A stretch of DNA of 64,000 nt, taken from the NCBI RefSeq assembly GCF_038025025.1, contig NW_027117339.1:558001-622000 (forward strand), given 5' to 3'. Both the position numbers and the translations under genes were made by a program. The number at the start of each line of letters is the position of its first letter. The first letter of the stretch is position 1. Shown here piece after piece: positions 1 through 12,479 of this stretch. Source of the stretch: Phyllosticta citribraziliensis (taxonomy: Eukaryota). The notes beneath the pieces are model-generated. The model was not told the origin of the DNA. It worked only from the letters and a program-made list of their open reading frames with translations, and made no database searches.

Positions 1-2500
1 GCCAACTCGTTAGCAACCCCCAACGTTGTGGCCGTGGCACCACAGCCAGCAATGCAAATGGTGGCGGCGTGTCCATCGGCTCACGCCGTTCACTCTCCTT
101 ACTCGACTATCATGCTGCGTTCTATCTGTTCTCCTTGATTGTGCGATCATCTCCCAACGGCTGCTCCATTGATTGACTGGCTGTTGGTCGATGGTCGAAG
201 CATCTTGGCGTGGGCAGAATATCTTCGATCAAACCAGACCAATGCAAGGCGGCTGCGGGAGCGATACGGGCAGATCTCCCGCTCTTGGTCTGCCATTGAC
301 CCGGTTTAACAAGCGAGTCGGGAGAAGTGCTCTTGCCCAGCAGCCCGGTATCTGGTTCGGGAACGAGAAGCGTGAAATTCAAGAGTTCTACGCGAGGCCT
401 TGTCTCCCTTTCGGTCTTCTTTGACCCAAGTCCTCTGTAAGGAGTGATATCTGAGTGCAGACTGACTGACTAGAAGTAATAGTAGAGTCGACTGACGGCG
501 TAGCGCAAGGAAGGGCACCAATGAGGCGCTGTGCGCTAGATTACAGTCTAGACAGGCTCCACAAGATGTATAGCAGCCTTGATCGTCGCTCTACACCGAT
601 TCAGTCTTTCAAAATAGACACTCAAAAAATTCTGTAGGCGCAGGATGCAACAAAAACAAGGTTCTATCCAGGGGCGCTGTGGTTTCATGAGGATCCCGTG
701 GTAAATTCACGCTGGACTTGTCGGATGACCACGCCCGAAGTACCATTTGGCCGAGCCATTGAATTCAATCTACTTCAGGATCAAGAGCATTGTCGGATCT
801 GAAGCCACTACACTTTACAAAGCATGACCAACGTTTTCCGACGATGGACTATTCCCTTCCACAACGTATTTGGAATGCAGCCACCCGCCGGAGAGAGACA
901 TCAATGTAACGGCAGCATCAACATCGAGTCCTCTTGCCGGCCGGCCGAGTCCATTTATACAAGCCAACCCGAGAGAATCCTGCCGAATGGCCGGATCAAT
1001 GGCTCTCCTGCGGGTACGTGCAGTCAATAAAGCCCCATTCTTCAAGGTAGTGGAAAGGAATCAATCGTCGGGAATCTCCAAGATGCGACTCTCTCGGCAT
1101 CCGGCTCCCTCCAGTTTGCTTATTGAAACATCCGACTTGTGCAACCATAATCATTTAGCGCCACAGTGCCAAGGTTGTCTACAGTCCAGTACTATGCGCT
1201 TCAATTTTCGCTCGGCCGATGCTGTTCAGGCTTTTGATGTGCAAATCAGGCATACAAGTAGGTCATCAAGCCAGATGCCTGCCAAGCTCTGCGGAAAAAG
1301 AATGCTGCGGAGCTCCTCCATTCAGGGCCAATCGAGGGATTGTTTGCTCTCGAGCTACTGCAGTTGCTACGGCGCTAGCAGAAAATACGTTGGAGCACGA
1401 CAGAAGAATGCTACTTGGAGGTTGTTTGAGTCAGTACCTGTCTTGCGAGCCGATGGTCCACGGGCCAGTAAGGATTACGGAAGAGGCTTCCAAGCTCTGC
1501 GCGGGGACCCCGTCATGCTGGAGATATCGAGATCTGATCCCCTCATAACCCAAGCTGGCGGATGAATAAGGGCAATGATCGACTTTGCATGGTCGTCACG
1601 AGGAGTCTGGAGCCAAGGCCATTTCCGAGGGGCTGGTCAGGAATATACCCATGCTCCTACAACAACAGGCTTGGAAGCGTCAACCGCGTCGGCGGGAAAC
1701 TCGAATTAGAGTGGTCTGACATTTGTTGGAGCAATGCCCCTGGGGCTGGCAGTGCAAAGGCTGTCGGTGTGGGATTGCAGTCGGCAAAGGCCGCCGACAT
1801 GTGCAAGGCCGGCGCCGTGTCACTTTCCCGAAAGCTTTCTGCAAAGGTTTTTTCAGTCGCGGCACACGGCATGGGCCGTTATCACGAGCGGCATGGTACG
1901 TAGGCTGTATGCGCTGCGCGGTGGGCGGCAAGCCAAGTTGCGAGAGAGAGGGCGTGGCGGTGACTGGAGGGAGCAGTTGATGATAATGTAAGGTAGGTAG
2001 ATGAGCTGACGGGGAAAAGGACGCCTCGAGCGGAGTTCGTATTCTTTCGGCGCCACGAGCATGTCTGCGACAATGCGTTGACGCTGTCCCTGAAGCGCGC
2101 AGCCCTCACCGCCCGCCTCGCGGCCATGGACGTTACGCGACGGCGATGCGGGCACGTCATCCCGCAATATCAGCTGCAGCTGCAGTTGCCCACCTGCCCT
2201 CGTGCGCTCTCTGCACGAGCCTCGACGAAAATGCTCCCTCGACCTCCCTCGTCGACCCCACTCACCCAAATATCCACCGCCGGGCTGTCAGTCCTTATCA
2301 TGGACACCTTGCCGCTCTCGACCGTGCTTCTCGCTCCAGAATCACTACCAATTCGGACCTGGGAAGCTCGGCACTCCTCTCGGGTCACCACCAGCTCCTC
2401 CACAAGCAACACCAGCGCCTCCACTTAAAGCCAACACTGGACCACCATGGCCCCATCACATCAATACCGTCGAAGCTCGCCACGAGACTCACAAAGAGTC

Positions 2501-3837
2501 ATGCCACTCTCGGAAAAAGAAGGCTTGCTTGAGCCCAACCCAAACTACGCTCGGGTGCCATTCAAGGACATTGCTCTCACCTTCATCTTCTTCATGTCAA
2601 TACCATGGCGGTTCCTCTGCTGGCTGTTCTTCCGGATATTCACAAGGTCGAATCCAGACAGGCCACCTTCTTTCCTGACTGACTGCTGGCGGTCATTTGC
2701 ACGGGCGTGAGTCGAATGCCTCCTCTCCTACTACTTGTAAACACTGCTAACTCAAGCAGAGGTACCGCCAATCTTCCCATCTCCACTACACGCGCCCTCT
2801 TCCGCATGCCCGCCTCTACCATCCTCGACTCTCCCCGATTCTGCTCCCTCACACCACGACCCTGCGTCCCGGTCCAAACGCCGCATTTCGCCGGCATGTG
2901 GATCGTCCGCGGCACACCCGAACCCGCCGACAGCGACCTGATCTTCTTCGTGCTTCACGGTGGCGCCTTCGTAGTCGGCGAGCCGACCATGAACGCCGTC
3001 ACCATGCTGCGCATGGCCGAGCTCGCCAACGAACGCGGCACCAGCAGCAGCCCCCCAACCAGCAAAGAAAGGAAACACGCCTCAACCAGCAGCACCTCCA
3101 CAGCATCAACGGCCACGGCCGTCGCCGAGCCCGCTCCCCTCACCATCTCCATCTTCAGCCTCGACTACTCGCTCGCACCCGAGACGCGCTTCCCGGCGCC
3201 CATCGACGAGGCCGAAGCCGCCTACACGTACCTGCTGCACAAGCTGCGCATCCCGGCGGCCAAGCTGGCCATCTACGGCGAGTCGGCGGGCGCACACATC
3301 GCGCTGGCGCTGCTGCTGCGCACGCGGCTCACGCAGCCGCGGCCCGGCGGCGGCCTGTTCCTCGTCGCGCCGTGGCTCAGCCTGCTCAATGGCGGCGCCA
3401 GCTTCGAGCGCAACCGCCACCGCGACACGCTGATCAAGGAGGCGCTGGACTTCGCGACGGACGTGTACGTCGGCGGCGAGGGCGGGCGCGCGGCCGCCGC
3501 CGGCCAGTTGGACTTTGGCGGCGCGCTGGATCCCGCCGTGTGGGGCGATGGCGCGCAGCGCCCGGCGTGGGATGCCGTGCTGCCGCCGCGCACGTACGTC
3601 TCGTGTGGCGGCGACGAGGTGCTGGTGGACGACGCGCTGCGGTTTGCGGCGAGGGCGCGGGCGGATGGCGCGGTGGTTGAGGTCGAGGTCGAGCAGGGCG
3701 CCAGCCATGCGTGGCAGGGGATGATGGACGCGCTGGACGTTCCCAAGTACTTGAAGATGGCGCCGGGGGAAGCGGTGCCGGTGGACATGATGCGGGGCAC
3801 CCGAATCTTGACGGATGCCATTTTGAGGGGGCGGTAG
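2501..3837 (+). CDS. Alpha/beta hydrolase fold-3 (HSL-like; Say1/steryl acetyl hydrolase-like) esterase/lipase, 2 exons (2501-2706, 2760-3837)
   Basis: HGG oxyanion motif (LHGGAF), FSLDYSLAPE..FPA, nucleophile GESAG, acid in GGDEVLVDD, His in SHAW. Intron 2707-2759 (GTGAGT, branch GCTAAC, CAG) joins a hydrophobic N-terminal exon in frame. Confidence 0.9.
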
Positions 3838-4577
3838 CGTTTGGATGCTCGCTGCTGCTGCTTGTATGATACATACCCTGTGTAGGTGCGTGGATAAGTC
3901 TTGGGCGGCACTTGTGGATAGCCATGGATGGCACTTGAACAAAATGAAATCTTGAAAGACTTTTATGCGCTCTCAGAGACTGTAGGAAGTAAGCTACTTC
4001 AACTAGAGACAGCCCTTTGAAGTGCTACTCACTCACATGTACCAAAGGACATCCTACCATATGCGAAAGGGACGAGCGATCCAGATTTCCGCCCAACTCC
4101 GAACAAAGAAGTGATACGTCGAAGCGGGCACGGCGTGGGATGGCAGAGGGCTGTAGACGCGGTCTTTGAGAGCTGGGGTTATGGAGGCAGAGGAGTAGGT
4201 TTGGCGAGACGAAATGTGGTCGAGAGGGACGGGAGGAGAAGGTGCTTTATATTGCTTTTGGCGGGGCGTGACGTCGGGACTGGGGAGTGATGGGTCAGTG
4301 GGTGACCGACAAGTACCGTGAGGCCCTTTTCCGTGCTCTGATTGAGCGTCATCTTTCTCTTGTCTGGCCGTAAGACGTGCTATGGTCTTCGTGCCTTAGC
4401 ATTGTTGATATCATGTCGTGTCTTCAATGTTGAAGTGTCAGCGATGCGCTGGGTGGCAGAGATAACCGGACAAGTCTCAACGAAGGGCACGGAGCTTGCC
4501 ATGATGGCAGAGTACCTAGAACCGCACCCCCGGCCTTACCACCTGCCCGGGCGCGGGCACCCTCTCTCGGACCCTCA

Positions 4578-4940
4578 GCGCACAGTCCCCTATGCGCTCG
4601 CCCACTGATTGGCCCCCCGATTCGAGATTCCTCACGCTGCGTTGGAAGTTGACCGATTGGGACTACCCTCCTGTCACGCAGCGCACAGTCCCCATCGCGC
4701 TGGCTCGTTGATTGGCCGGGCATTCGACATTTCTGGCCACGCTGTTGGAAGTTGGACAAAACAGGCCTACGCCTCCCGCCCTCAGCGCACTGTCCCGCAG
4801 GCGCTCGCCCACTGATTGGCCCTCCCATTCCAACGGGCGCATGCCACTGCCTCTCTACCGCCCGCGGCGCACAGTCCCCTTTGCGCTCGCCCGCTGATTG
4901 GCGCGCAATTCGAGATTTGGGGCTGCGTCGTTGGAAGTTG
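4578..4940. repeat. Degenerate tandem array of 4 units (periods 103/104/82 bp), each containing a CCAAT box on the minus strand
   Basis: GCGCACWGTCCC at 4578, 4681, 4785, 4867; each followed by a GCGCT(C/G)G block and YTGATTGG (4605, 4708, 4812, 4894). GTTGGAAGTTG at 4641, 4744, 4930. Confidence 0.85.
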
Positions 4941-7900
4941 GCCGCATGCGGGTTAGAGGCGGGTTTTAGCTCGGCGGGAGGGACGCACGGGGTTGCGGGG
5001 ACGGTGGGGGAGCGCGGCGATCAGATGGGTGATTGATGTTGCGCCTGCCGGATGGGAGGCTTGGCCGTTTTGGGACGGACGTGTTGGTTGGGGTTGGGGG
5101 GTTGCACTGTGGTGACTGGCGGGTAGTGTTGGCTGTGGGCGTCTACGCTACCTGGCGCTGTAGTGGTGGTTTGATAGTGCTCTACGTATGCTTGGCTTGC
5201 CTTACTCGTAAGTCCACCATGTGCTTGTAGACGTCAGCTGTAGTCTATGCTGCAGTGGCATGTTCAAAACGAAAGTGACAGGTAGAAAGCCCTGGAGCAA
5301 GGAAACCTCCAAATTATCGAGACAGGAAGCCGAAAAGAGAGGCGCCTGTCATTTGATGGCCTCTCAATAGAAGCAAGGATGCAGGTAGTATTGAAGATAT
5401 TTGTGTTTATGTCACGCCTATAGAAGAAACTAGACTGACCGGTCGGTGGATGGTCAAGACCAAAGACTGACTGACAGGCAGACAGAGCAAAGCCCATCCA
5501 TATCGCAACACCATCGACGCCATCAGTACCGCCCGACGAAGCCATTGAAGCCACTCATCTTCGACAAGAATCATCAGACATCTTCGTGTCCAAAACACAG
5601 TCAAGACAGGCCTGAGACGTTGAGCACGCGCAAGCGGCGGCTGTCACTCTCAGCCTCTGGCTGCCTCTTTCTTTCAATGTCAGTACAATGCCATTGTGGC
5701 CATGCTCGTGCTCGTGCCAAACGCCTCAGACATGGACTCTCGCCATCGGACGTCGTGCGAGCGAGCAACACGAACCAGCAACACAAGGCCGCCGCCGACA
5801 GCATGCACGCATGGTAGGACACAGAGACAGAAATTAGAGCGCGAGAAACGCAGGTAGGTAGGTAGTCAGGTAGCGGTGGGGGCTCTGTAGGACGAGAGCG
5901 CCTTGGGCAGACGGACAGACAGGCGTCAAGACGTCAGCCGTGTCAAGTTGTCGTGGCTGGCTGGCCTCGTGCAACAGGATGTCGGTGCTGTCTCAATGCG
6001 TGCATTGAATTCGAGGGCGAGGCGAAGCCAAGCCTTGGAGTCGACGAGGGCGGAGGCGCATTGGCAAGGGGTTGCGGTTGTCGATGAGCGGTTGCTCGAG
6101 GCATGGATCGGACGCAGGGGTAGGGGTACCTGGTCCGTTCAGCAACTCTCCTGGGGTCTGCCTCTTCTGGTGGGGCAAGCGGGCAAACAAGCAAAACGAG
6201 GGGGCGACGGCGAGGGGAGGGGTTGCTAGCTAGGTTCAGCAGGGGAGAAAAGGAATATAGGCAGCACCCGAGGAAAAAGCAAAGGCGATTTTCCCGGCGG
6301 CAGTGGCAGCAGCGCAAAAAGCAACAAACGGTCAACGAGAAGCATGGGCGGCGCCACATGTCGGCGAGAAGCGAAAGAAGCAAAAAGCCGTCGTCGAAGC
6401 TCGACATTTTCCGTGATCCGCCCCGTTCCAGCAGAGCACATCAGTCGACTCAAAGTTTACCACGGCAGCGGGCGACGCGCCGAGATGGCGGCGAAATTGC
6501 AGTACGGCGATACGTAGCGGTGGGCGAGTAGAGTGCCGTGGTTCGAGTATCTGTACTTAAGCTTGCGAGCACGTGGCTTGGTGATAAGCATAAGGAAGGG
6601 TGGGACGATCGATGGAGCGTTGCGAAAGTTTGCGACACGAAATGAAATGAGATGTCGGACGGCGGCGAGTCAGCTGGGGTTGGTGTGTGGACGACGTTTG
6701 TTTGGTTGACGTTTGGTCGATGGTGGTGTGGTGGGTTGGAGACGGGTCTATCGCTGGGCTAGCAGAAAGGTACCACAGTTCTGTCAGCCCCTGGGCCTGG
6801 AGCGCTTCCTTGGCAAGCGCAGCGACGGGAACTGAAGAGGCGAGAGACTGTCTCAGTCGTGACGACGTGACGTCTGTCGCAGGGCGGGTAGGCGGGAAAG
6901 GCTGACGGTGGAGCGGAGCCACAGCTACCTCAGGCACTGTACTGTACTGCGCTGTAGAGTACGGTAGAGGACGGGCTGGACTGCTGAATTGGCTCGGGAA
7001 ATGCGAAACCGAGGGGACTTGATGAAGCGGGCCAGTCGGGTGCCGTCCAGCCGTCGCGTAGGTACATGTAGGTATGTAGATAGTACTGTAGGTGGTGACG
7101 GGCAGGGCTGATGGGACCTGGAGTGCAGGGCGAGCCAGGATAATTGCGTTTCCAGAAGACGACGCCGACGCCGACGCCTTCGCCTTGATTGGCCCATTTT
7201 TGGACCATTTCGTCCCGCCTGCGTGTCTAACGAAAACCCGGACCCAGCAGCCATGCCATGTCTTGCCGTCGTCGTCGTCGTCGTCGTGCGCTTGTCGTTC
7301 CGAGCTGTCAGTCCGTCGCATCGCATCGCATCGCATCGCAGTGCAGTCCGAGCTGAGGATCCACGGGCAGACAAGGTTGCCATGTCCATCTCCATCTAGC
7401 TTCCCTCTGGTTCGACGGCAAGCCGGCAGGGGTAGGCTTGTATTTGGGGATTTACATGTCGCAACAGTACGGTCGACGACGCAGAGGGCGCCGTGAGGTG
7501 AGCGAGCCACGTGGAGGCAGCCGTGGGCACCGTGTGGTGTGGCGCGACGGCTTTGTCTTGATCCCTTTGCAAAAGCCATAAACACCTTTTCTGCGACATG
7601 TTCACCCCAAGGGACCTTGGTGTCCGCCGGCCCACCCCAGCCCAGCGGCTTAATTTAACGGAGAGGCACTGGACGGCGTCGGCCACGCGCGCCCTCTCCG
7701 CTGCTTCACGTCGCACCGCAACACATCTCCCACCACCGCCAACACAACACCAACCACTCTGCAACACAACCCGCTCCACCGCCCACCGCCAGTCTCTCGT
7801 CTTCTCTCCGTCCTCGCTTTTTCTCCAATACTTTTGCCCGTCTTTCGCCCCCACGCGCATCCACACTCTTCGCCGGCTCTAATCTGCCATTGCACCTGAT

Positions 7901-8303
7901 CGACACGGGGATTGCACTACTCCGCAAAGACCCTTTGGCTGCCCCTCGCCTCAAATTGCTCGCCGCTCCCGAGCTCCTGACCAGCTGCGCATCTTTGGCT
8001 ATTCTTCGATTCCGTTCTCTCGACAAGAAGACGTCCGTTGTTGCTGTCGCCCATGAGCCATGTCGTCGTAGCTCAGCTCGTTTGCATAGCATCAACGCCG
8101 TCATTCGCTCGCCTTCGACCCTCCGATTGACCACCGGCCTCGCAAATTCCCTACAACTGTGCGACGGCGAAGTCGCAACCTTCAGCTCTCCCTCGGCCTG
8201 CCATTGGTGAGTCGCCAGCCGTCGCGCTGTTGTCTGAGCCCTACCACCGGGCTGACCTTCAATCAAGCTTCCTGAGACCCGTATAGCATTCCTCGCCAAC
8301 GCC

Positions 8304-11300
8304 ATGTACCGACACGCGACTCGGGACCGCCAAGGAGACAGCGAGCGCGCCTCCTTGCGCTCCAGTCGTCCGGGCAGCGTCAGTAGCGACCAGCAGTCCA
8401 TCCTCTCTCCCTCCTCAGCCGCCTCCTTGCTCGTCCCCGCCCCGCGCGAACCGCCGCCCGCATACGTCGCCGTCGCCGCCGCGTCGCAGATTGTGACCGA
8501 CCATCAGAATGCCAAAGTCATTGACGAACTGGGGCCCACCGCCGACGCTGTGCCTGCCGAATCGGCGCGCGTGTCCGAAGAAGCGCTATCGCTGCTCAAT
8601 TCCTTTCTCGATGCGTTGATTTATTCGGTCCTGGGCACGGCGCGTTCGCCCAGTATCACCGCAATAAGGCCGGCCATCTTAGATGTCTTGAAGCCGCGGC
8701 TGGCCCGAGAGGCCATGTCCACGGCTGACGATGAGTTGTCCGGCTTGTTGGCGGGGGACGAAGACGAGGAATTTCCAGAGGGACATGATGGCTCCGAGTT
8801 TGGTTTGGATGCCGTCTTTACGCGCACTCGGCTGCGCATCATGGTGTACACGCGGCTCGGTGAGCTCGAGGATGAGGACGAGGAGCGCTTTCTCGCCGAA
8901 GACCAAGACATGAATGTCGATCTTGATCAAGGCCTGCCTCACGAGCGCAACCTCGTGTCCTGGGCTGCTGCCATTTTCCTCACGTCCGTTGTCGAATACG
9001 TTGCCGAACAGACGCTTGTAGTTGCTGGTCAAGCGGCGTTTACGCGGGTGCGAAGCAAGAGAAAACGCTCAAATGCCGGAAATGCAGACGAAGCTGCAAC
9101 GGAGAGGGTCATTGTTCACGAGCACGACATGGAAAAGGTTGCGCTCAACTCGGCCTTGGGACGCCTGTGGAGGACCTGGAAAAAGGCCCTTCGCTCCCAC
9201 AACCACCCCCTCGCGTCGCCAGGGTCCGGTCGCAGCTCGTCGCATTCGTCCCTGTTCCAAAGCTTCCACGGTTACCGCCGATATAGTACGGGTAACGCGC
9301 AAGACGCACCAGGCGCGACCGCATTAACAGAGGAGACGGAAAAGGCACAGCCTGACTCGACTGCAGGCGCCACGGTCAAGGAGCCAGACGGCGACGACAA
9401 ACCCCGGCAGGCCGACTTGCCTGAGTCGGGGGTCGCCAAGAGATTTTTGGAGGATGCCGGCAGGGAAAGCCAAAAGCGTAGTGCGGTTTTAACTCGCCCT
9501 ACGAGCTGGCTATTCACCCCTGGCCGCGGTCAGTCGGCATCCCTGTTGCGATCCCGGTGCAGCTCCATGCCGTCATTGCAATTGAAAGCCATTGAAAAAG
9601 AAGCTCTCGCAAAGGCGCAGGAGAAGCAACCGGCGCCAGAGACTGCTGATAGCTCACCCAGTCCATTCGTCACCCCAGCCGAGTCAGCGTCAGATTCCCA
9701 GGACCAAGTGGCTTCTGACAGGAAGCAAGCGTCGAGGGAACAAAAAGAAAAGGAACGCAGGCGTCGGCACAGCGTCAAACCCGCACCGCTTCACATTTCG
9801 ACCTACAGCACCTTGCAGGCCTCATTTCCCTCGCCGCCCGTTGGAACTCCAAAAAGTCTGTTTCGTGACCAGTCGCCCATCAAGGGTCCAGAGGGCAGAA
9901 CCGCCGCAATGGAATCCAATGGCAAGTAGACTTACGCGAGATCGCTTCATGGCTAACGTGATTGGACAGGATCGATCAAAGGGCTGTCGTCTAGAAGCAG
10001 TCGGTCAAACGTCTCGGACGGCAAGGACAGGCCTGACAAGTCAACAACCGTGTCGGAGAAGAAGGGTTCGAAATGCCGCACGGAGAGTGTCCCAGAAAAG
10101 AGCATCTTTTTCGACGCGCCGGAACAGAACAAGTCGCACCTGCGGAATGGATCGGCGGATAGCCAGGTAATTGGTTTGGCCAAAACCTCGGATCTGGCCT
10201 TGGCTGCTCCACCATCACCACTCCCTCCAAGCGGCGAAATGGAGGAGCAGGCTCAAAAGGAAAATTTAAATGGCATGCAGCCTGTTGCAAGCTTGCCCAT
10301 GGGTAATGTATCGGAAGGAAAAGTGACCAAGGCCGTTGATGCGGGCTCCTCGTCTTCCAAGCAACCTGGGGAATGCTTGCGCGAGGGCAGTGGACCCCAA
10401 ATGGCCAACGCTCGCCCTGCGACGAGCTCCGCGCCTGGATTCCAAAACTCTCCAAAGCCACCGTCGCTGTCTGGTACGTCGTCTCACACCCGTGAAAGCG
10501 CTCCCCGAAAGTCTCAAGAGAGCTCGAGGAGCCGCAACCGGGTCCCTTCAGGCTCGGATCAGGGCGTCGAGCGTGCAGCCCTGCAGCGAGTCTCGTCGGT
10601 TTCTTCGTCTGGAACATCAACCTACCACCAATCACGCGGGTCAGAATCCAGCATTGTCTTTGGGCGGCAGCGCGGCAAACCCACTCGCTTGTCCGAGGAC
10701 GATCGCACGCGGGAATTCGACGCCCAGATTGCACAAGCCGACACTGTGTACTACACGCTGACCCCTGAGCGCATGCGCGAAGTGAGCGCGAAACCTGCAG
10801 CCGAACGAGCGACGGCCGAGGCCCAGAAGCAGGCAGGAACCGCGGCCGCCCCTGCCAAGGTCACCGTATTTCCTCGAATAATCGATCAAAAGCCGCCTTG
10901 GGTCCCTGGCCGTTCCAATTCGTCGGTCGCATCCAGCAAGAAAGGAAGTGTAAGTCTCCCGGGCCGTCGTGCATCCGACGACAACGACAAGGAAGCCAAA
11001 ACCCGCCGTCCCATACCCGTCAACGAAGGAGCCAAAGTTTTCTCACGCCTAAAGCAGTTACCGAGGGAGCCACGAGTGCAGACGGATCCGACCTTTGACT
11101 TGCGCGACTTTCTCATGTCAACAACTCCAAGCGGGCCGCGGATGAAACCCATCGACACAACGCTGTCGAACCGCTCCGTGTCTGAGACCACGACTCGCAC
11201 GCCGACCTCGACCACGGGCAACATCTTTTCCAAGTCAAGCAAGAGCTCTGCAAACGGCTCTGGGCCTGCCTCGCCATTTTCCAGGGAAAGCAAATCCAGG

Positions 11301-12479
11301 GAAAGCAAAGAAAGCATGCCGCCGCGCAGCAGCCACAAAAAGTCCAACCTGGAACCCCGCAGCGCTGCTGGACCATCGCACATTGACAACGACCTTATTG
11401 ACCTCATCCGCCAGGGCCCACCAGCACCACCAGGAGAACATCGCATTCCACGCACGGTTGCACCTTTCCGCGATACCATGGATTCGGACCAATTGGAAAT
11501 GTACGCCAGCACAGTTCCGTCCCTCTCAGAGTCGCATCAGACGACCGACTCGCGCAGTGGTCTACTTCCTCCCATTCCCACATCGCAGCCCGCCTTTTCT
11601 GGTGAGTCGCAATCTTTCCTGGGCGAATTCTCCGAACCCGGGCCCGCGATGAGGCGCAATCGGCCTCAGAAGAGGCTTGACCCATATGCCATCCCCGACG
11701 ACGATGAAGAGTTTGATGAAGATGACACCGACGTCACTGCACTACCCAATCACAGCACGCCCAAGAAGCCTGCACACTCGGAAGAGCAGTCTCTGGCCGA
11801 CTTTCTTGCCAGCGAGCCCCCGCCACCGCACTTGGCGGATAACACCAAGACGGAGCCCTTCTTTCTCAGCAACGACACGCTTAGCGCCATCCGATCCGGC
11901 AACGCCGCGACGCCCGCCTCGGCCAACGGCAAGCGCAACCAGCGCCACTACCAACACCAAGCGACGCTGTCGCAAACCCAATCCCTCAACCCGCCACCCT
12001 CATCCTCCTACTCAACCCAGACCGTACCGTCCTTCTCCACACTCAACCACCACTCGCGCTTCGACTCCAACGGCACGCCCGGCTCGCCGCTCCGCCGTCC
12101 GCCCACGTCGGCCACGACGGCGACAAAGCGCAGCCAGCACCCGCCGCGCGACGCGCGCCTCGTCGACGACGACCGCGGCGTCCTGACCGAGATGGCCGAC
12201 TTCTTGCGCTTCTCGGGTCCGCCGCCAAAGAACAAGGGCGACGCCGCCGACTCCAAGCCTATGCCCTTCGTCAAGATGGGCCGCGACGGCGCGCTCTTCG
12301 AGGTCGGCCCTGTCAGTGCGGGCGAGTTGGGCGGCGAGGTGAAGGAGCCGGACGAGGGCAGTCTCGGCGCTGGCAAGGAGGGCGGTCCCGTCAAGCAGAG
12401 TAAATGGGGACGCGGCCGCTTCTGGCGGAAGGGGAGTAGCGCCAGCGCGGGCACCGCCGCGGCGTCGGTGGGGCATTGA
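8304..12479 (+). CDS. Large conserved-type fungal protein with N-terminal histone-fold-like region and long S/P-rich disordered C-terminus; 2 exons (8304-9921, 9970-12479)
   Basis: The 541 aa and 809 aa ORFs are in the same frame, separated by two stops (9927, 9954). These are removed by a 48-nt GC-AG intron 9922-9969 (GCAAGT...GCTAAC...CAG). Repeated short D-[FL]-[LI] motifs in the tail (LRDFLM, LIDLIRQGPP, LADFLA, MADFLR). Confidence 0.8.

Noticed and set aside
870..1903. 231 aa and 113 aa plus-strand ORFs at the window start
   Set aside because: No recognisable motifs or consistent splice structure; cannot be supported as a gene.
6557..8401. 342 aa and 231 aa minus-strand ORFs
   Set aside because: Low-complexity, microsatellite-containing promoter/UTR sequence of the 8304 gene; no domain signal.
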